A stretch of DNA of 64,000 nt, from contig OZ024759.1 in the NCBI GenBank assembly GCA_964016885.1, forward strand, positions 33,666,001 to 33,730,000, given 5' to 3'. Shown piece after piece: positions 58,990-64,000 of the stretch; the stretch's first letter is position 1, and each line of letters opens with the position of its first letter. Made by a program: the position numbers and the translations under genes. Below the pieces are notes generated by a model that was given only the letters and a program-made list of their open reading frames with translations, searched no databases and was not told where the DNA came from. This DNA comes from Eledone cirrhosa. Its lineage: Eukaryota.

Positions 58990-59217
58990 TACACTTGTTA
59001 ATGGTTGCTATTTTCCTTTCGTTCATTTACTCCTGAGTTTTATTGTTTTGTTGTATTGTTGTTGTTGTTGCTGTTATTTGTTGAGGGCGGTTTTTCATTA
59101 TTATTATTATTATTACTGGTGCTGTTGTTGTTATTATTTTTATTGTTGTGGCTGTTATTTGTTGGTGGGATTTTATTATTATTATTATTATTATTACTAT
59201 CAATGCTGTTGTTGATG

Positions 59218-59258
<41 letters not shown>

Positions 59259-60425
59259 GCTATTGTTGTTGTTGTTTTTGTTGTTGTTGTTGCTGTTGTT
59301 GTTGGTGGTGGTGGCGGTGGTGGTGGCGGTGGTGGTGGTGTGGTTTTGTTATCGTCACCATTGGTGGTTTTGTTAAATATTATTTTTATATCAAACCTTT
59401 ATACAGTTCTTGAAGCTGTTGTTGTTGTTGTTTCATTGTTGTTGCTGTGGTTTCGATATTGTCACCATTGGTAGTTTTGTGAAACATTTTTTCCCTCATG
59501 TTGGTATTCATTTATGTTGCTGTTGCGGCTGCTGTTACTGTTGCTGTTGACGTTGTTGCTGTTGCTGTTGTTGCTGTTGTTACTGTTGCTGTTGACGTTG
59601 TTGCTGTTGTTGATGTTGTTACTGCTGTTGTTGTTACTGTAGAAGCGGCTGTTGTTTTTGATATCTTTATCAATGAATTTACTGCTGTTGTTGCTATCAC
59701 TGTTGAAGTTGACGTTGCTTTTGTTGCTGTTGTTCTTGTTGTTTCTTCTCATGTTGTTACCGTTGTTGGCATTGATGTTGTTGTTGCCGCTACACTTCAA
59801 TGTGTGACAATGGCTGCTAATTCTATACGTGTTTTCCGCTATACTCTATTTTATACCTTTTGGCGTTCATTTTGCTACAGTTGGTTTGTTTTTTTAATTG
59901 TACATGGGATTTGCAAGATATTATTATTGTTATTACTGTTGAGCTGTTGTTGATGTTGGTGCTGTTGCTGTTGTTGATGTTGGTGCCGTTGATGTTGTTG
60001 TTGTTGTTGTTATACTTTGTGTTAATGCTCTCGGCGTCGCTGCAACCACTGTTGTTGTTGATGATGTTGTTGTTCGTAGTTTTGTTTGTATGGATCCTTA
60101 GAGGATTTTACGAGTTGTTGTTGAAATTGATATAGTTCCATATTCGTTCTAGGGACTGTTCTCCGGTCGTTGTTGTTGTTGCTGCTGTCATAGACGTTCT
60201 TGTTCTTATAGTTATTGTTGTTGTACATATTCCTGTAGCTATTACCAGTACCGTTATTGCATGTGTTTTGACTCTCTAGTAGAAATTATTGTCGCTGTTG
60301 CCGTTAATGTTAGTATCGTGGTCGCATTTTTTTTCTATTATAGCTACTATTATTCTTGTTAATGTTATTACCGCTGTTAATGTCGTCACTCTTGTTATTG
60401 TTGTAGTTGTTGTTCTTACTGATAT
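58990..60425. repeat. (GTT/ATT/GCT)n low-complexity region
   Basis: Direct reading. Confidence 0.9.
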
Positions 60426-60932
60426 TATTGTAATTATAGTTAGTTATCGCTACTAAACCCCTAACTCCCTCCCAAAAAATATTCTCCCTAAACAAAAATA
60501 ATAAATAAAAAAAGCCACCCAAACATTAAAAACGTCATATACCCCAACCCCAAGTAACAGGTATGTGTGATTAGATGACACATCGAAAAGGATAGAGTTA
60601 ATACATAACCTGCTATTATTTGCAATAAAACATTTCCACGTTTCCCAGCTAACTGGCATCACATTTTTTTGGTTCTTTCTCAAAGGCTTCCTCCCTTGGA
60701 ATATCAGTCATCAAAAGAACATTTATGCTGTGACTTCTAGAGAAGGATGTTACCAATTTTACTGCCATCATTATTTTTTTTTATGTCTTTATATTCTTCA
60801 AGGTCGTGTTAGCATTTAGGAAATGTTTCAATATATATTTTTTTCATTATTTCGTTAGTTAAAACCTCACACATGATTCATACACACATATATATTTTGA
60901 TATGCATACATACATACACATACACACACATA

Positions 60933-61009
<77 letters not shown>

Positions 61010-61012
<3 letters not shown>

Positions 61013-61137
61013 TAGAATCAATTTGAAACTGGTTAGACCATTATTCAACAGAGTACGCCATACTTCCATACTTGGGGTAGTAGTGTATGGTTATATTACA
61101 ATGAGACGGGACCCCAATGGCTGAGCTCTTGCCGTTG
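61010..61137 (-). mobile_element. Family A-related diverged 3' end
   Basis: ATACTTGGGGTAGTAG and GGACCCCAATGGCTGAGCTCTTGCCGTT match family A blocks. Confidence 0.6.
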
Positions 61138-61153
61138 TAGTAGTATATATATA

Positions 61154-61229
61154 CAGGGTGTTCCGAAAATGAATACGCACTTTGATTAGAATACTGATGA
61201 AGTGTGTATGCATATTAGGGGGACACCTC
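61154..61229. mobile_element. Tc1/mariner-type MITE
   Basis: TA|CAGGGTGTTCCGAAAATGAATACGCACTT ... AAGTGTGTATGCATATTAGGGGGACACCTC|TA. Confidence 0.65.
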
Positions 61230-61235
61230 TATATA

Positions 61236-61329
61236 TACATACATGATGGCTCCCTCCTCGTTATCGAGTATGGCCATTGCACGATATACAATTATTAATA
61301 ATTATTAATTAATTATATCGTGCAATGCC
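61236..61329 (-). mobile_element. Very short RTE 3' end with inverted tip
   Basis: 61240-61281 is nearly identical to 61566-61608; CATTGCACGATA is mirrored by TATCGTGCAATG. Confidence 0.8.
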
Positions 61330-61540
61330 TGTGCGTGAAGATATTTTTTAAAGTGAGGAAATACAGTGCAATGAGCCAATCCCACTCTCTGAGAGACAGT
61401 AGGTATAACCCGAAAAGAAGAAAAGATCAACATCATCGGTAACTACTGAGCTGCAGGTTTTATATAGGAGTTATCACAGTTTCCTGAGTTGCGTTCTCCT
61501 AGAAGAATGCCCCGGCAAAGCCTAGGGGTCCTTCACTCCC

Positions 61541-61635
61541 ATACATACATACATACATACATACATACATGATGGCTGCCCCCTCGTTATCGAGTATGGC
61601 CATTGCACAATAAAAAAAAAAAAAAAAAAAAAAAA

Positions 61636-61684
<49 letters not shown>

Positions 61685-62316
61685 GCAATAATAATAATAT
61701 CGACAACAACAATAATAATATACATATTCATATATATATACACACACACGCACGCACATAAGCATATCTACACACACACACGATAGCAACTAACAGTGCT
61801 GCGATCGAATGTGGCTTTTTAGCCCAGCCAATGATCCAAAATGTCTTGCACAGAGTCGGCAACCAAAACATTCACTGGGAATAGTCGGCTGTGGTTGGAG
61901 TTCGTGTACTTTTGCATGTCGCTTGAGTCCTCCTGCTGATTTACATTCTCTACCACATGTTTGGCAAGCATGATGAGTAGCATCTCCAACAGCAGCCTGG
62001 TAGTCAACCACTGGTCTTACTTTATGACTGCGAAGATGACTTTCGAGTCCAGCTTTGCTTAGGCAGAGTCTCGCACAGACGCTGCATGTCAGAAACATAG
62101 GAGGACCCTCGCCGTCTGGAAGTGCAACAGCAATACCCTTCCTCACGTCCCGCTTTACTTTCTCGTGTGCGATTCGAGATGCCTCAAAGGCAACTTTTCC
62201 CTCATATACAGTCTTTCTCCATTTATTACGATCAGCAGCAATATTTTCCCATGTATCAGCAGAGATGTTAGCGTCTTTCAGAGAGGCCTTCAAGGAATCC
62301 TTATACCTCTTTTTTG
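61541..62316 (-). mobile_element. 5'-truncated RTE-clade LINE with (ATGT)n tail
   Basis: KRYKDSLKASLK..WENIAADRNKWR motif; 3' end ATACTCGATAACGAGGGGGCAGCCATC(ATGT)n; (TACA)n on both sides. Confidence 0.88.
61790..62314 (-). CDS. C-terminal fragment of LINE ORF with three C2H2 zinc fingers (no genuine start)
   Basis: Stop-free reading frame with CSVC..HLRSH, CQTC..HAKVH and CRLC..HIRSQH; the ATG in the ORF track comes from the microsatellite. Confidence 0.75.
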   Translation of the reverse strand, partial: KKRYKDSLKASLKDANISADTWENIAADRNKWRKTVYEGKVAFEASRIAHEKVKRDVRKGIAVALPDGEGPPMFLTCSVCARLCLSKAGLESHLRSHKVRPVVDYQAAVGDATHHACQTCGRECKSAGGLKRHAKVHELQPQPTIPSECFGCRLCARHFGSLAGLKSHIRSQHC

Positions 62317-62324
62317 TACATACA

Positions 62325-62360
<36 letters not shown>

Positions 62361-62510
62361 TAACTAGAATACGCAGCACAACTGCCAATTTAACATATCA
62401 AAGTTTGCTCAACTGAAGTAATTGGAATTAAAGAGTTATACATACATGCACTAAACTATTCTAACCATACTAAACCTATAAAGCCCAACTGAGGGCACAG
62501 ATAGATTGGT

Positions 62511-62841
62511 AAGGCAGTCGCTGGTGGATCTCACCATTGATGAGAGCCCGAGGCAATTGTCACCTTGCGAGTGCGCATTAAACCCGGCCCTGGTGTGGTG
62601 TGTGTAAATAATAAAATACTAAAGGCGTTGCTGGTGGAGGTCCCCATTGCAGGGAGCCCAGAGCAATTGCCCAGCTTGCGACTCCACCCCATTAAATCCG
62701 GCCCTGGTGTGGTGTGTGTAAATAATAAAATGCTAAAGGCGTTGCTGGTGGAGTTCCCCATTGCAGGGAGCCCAGAGCAATTGCCCAGCTTGCGACTCCA
62801 CCCCATTAAACCCGGCCCTGGTGTGGTGTGTGTAAATAATA
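62511..62841. repeat. 114-bp tandem repeat, about 3 copies, each with a DNA-transposon-like terminus
   Basis: GGCGTTGCTGG at 62624 and 62738; each unit has GCAATTGCCC..TTAAA(T/C)CCGGCCCTG. Confidence 0.88.
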
Positions 62842-63187
62842 GATAACATATAACATTTTATGAATAGAATCATAAACGCAGAGCTAACGAAACAAATTGT
62901 ATTCGTGAAACCTTGTCATGAAAATTAGAAAAAATCCACATCCAAGTATATATTTGTGTTATATATTCAATATACACCCTTTACTTCTATATTTAGTCCA
63001 TATTGTTACGTGTGGCTTCCTGTCTGATAGAAATAAAGTCACTAAACTATACTTCTATAGTTATATTATAGATATCTTTCAACGTACGATTGTCTATTTT
63101 AGTATTGAACATCGCAATTTCTTAACTTTCACGCAGGTAGATATGTTTGATAGACGTCAGAATTACACACACACACATATAAATATG

Positions 63188-63231
<44 letters not shown>

Positions 63232-63679
63232 TGTGCGTGTGTGTGTATGTGTGTGGGTGTGTGTGTGTGCGCGTGTGTGTGTGTGTGTGTGTGTCTATGT
63301 GTGCCTATGTATAAGTTCGTGTGTTTGTGGATGAATTTATATATTGAACGGCGTAGGAACTAAATAAAGGTTAGAAACAATTGAATGAGAGAAATGTAAA
63401 ACAAAATACAATATTTCGGTGTGAACATGCTCTTATTATAAGAAATATTTATATATATATAGTTGTAATATCGTGTAAACTACAGTAATATTTTATTTTG
63501 CATCTCCTTACCATCCTTTCCCTCTTCAAATGACTTTCACAGGTTTACCAATCATGTTCCGACAATGTTAACACAATGCCAGCTTTATTTAAATGTGTAA
63601 TCCACCATTCGTTATCTTACTTTCTCCACATCCCCTTATAACACCCTCTCTCTCGGCATCGATATTGATTTTATACCAG

Positions 63680-63791
<112 letters not shown>

Positions 63792-63912
63792 AACACATAC
63801 ATGAAATTATATATACATATATATGTATATATATATATATATATATGTGTGTGTATGCACACATATTCATATAAAGAGCGAGATATACAGAGCTAGTATA
63901 TAATGTACGTAC

Positions 63913-64000
<88 letters not shown>

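Noticed and set aside
61790-62353. Host C2H2 zinc-finger transcription factor gene
   Set aside because: No TGEKP linkers, preceded by RTE-specific motifs, followed by a LINE 3' end and tail, and the start codon lies in a microsatellite
62565-62846. 38-aa repeat protein
   Set aside because: Consequence of a 114-bp unit divisible by three; open on both strands

Overview
AT-rich eukaryotic genomic DNA, intronic or intergenic, with no host gene that can be confidently recognised. The SINE families resemble, from recall, those of octopod cephalopods; this is inference, not a search result. Much of the window is (TA)n, (CA)n, (GA)n, (CAC)n and (CAA)n microsatellite, and almost all ORFs in the track are artefacts of it. 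Recognisable components are about a dozen tRNA-derived SINEs, RTE and CRE LINE 3' fragments (one stop-free with three C2H2 fingers, one 5'-inverted), three short Tc1/mariner-type MITEs, a Helitron-like 3' end, a 1.4-1.65 kb tandem duplication and several minisatellites. The main signal is a set of short non-coding elements from several unrelated families, inserted in (TA)n tracts, usually as fold-backs, that carry type I hammerhead ribozyme folds. They include a U3-A8 core variant, palindromic stem-III loops and covarying stem I between copies. Inversion junctions recur within the ribozyme stem II, and in one family the inverted arm ends at a fixed site about 19-21 nt downstream of the predicted cleavage site. 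They are probably Penelope-like or retrozyme-like non-autonomous retroelements.
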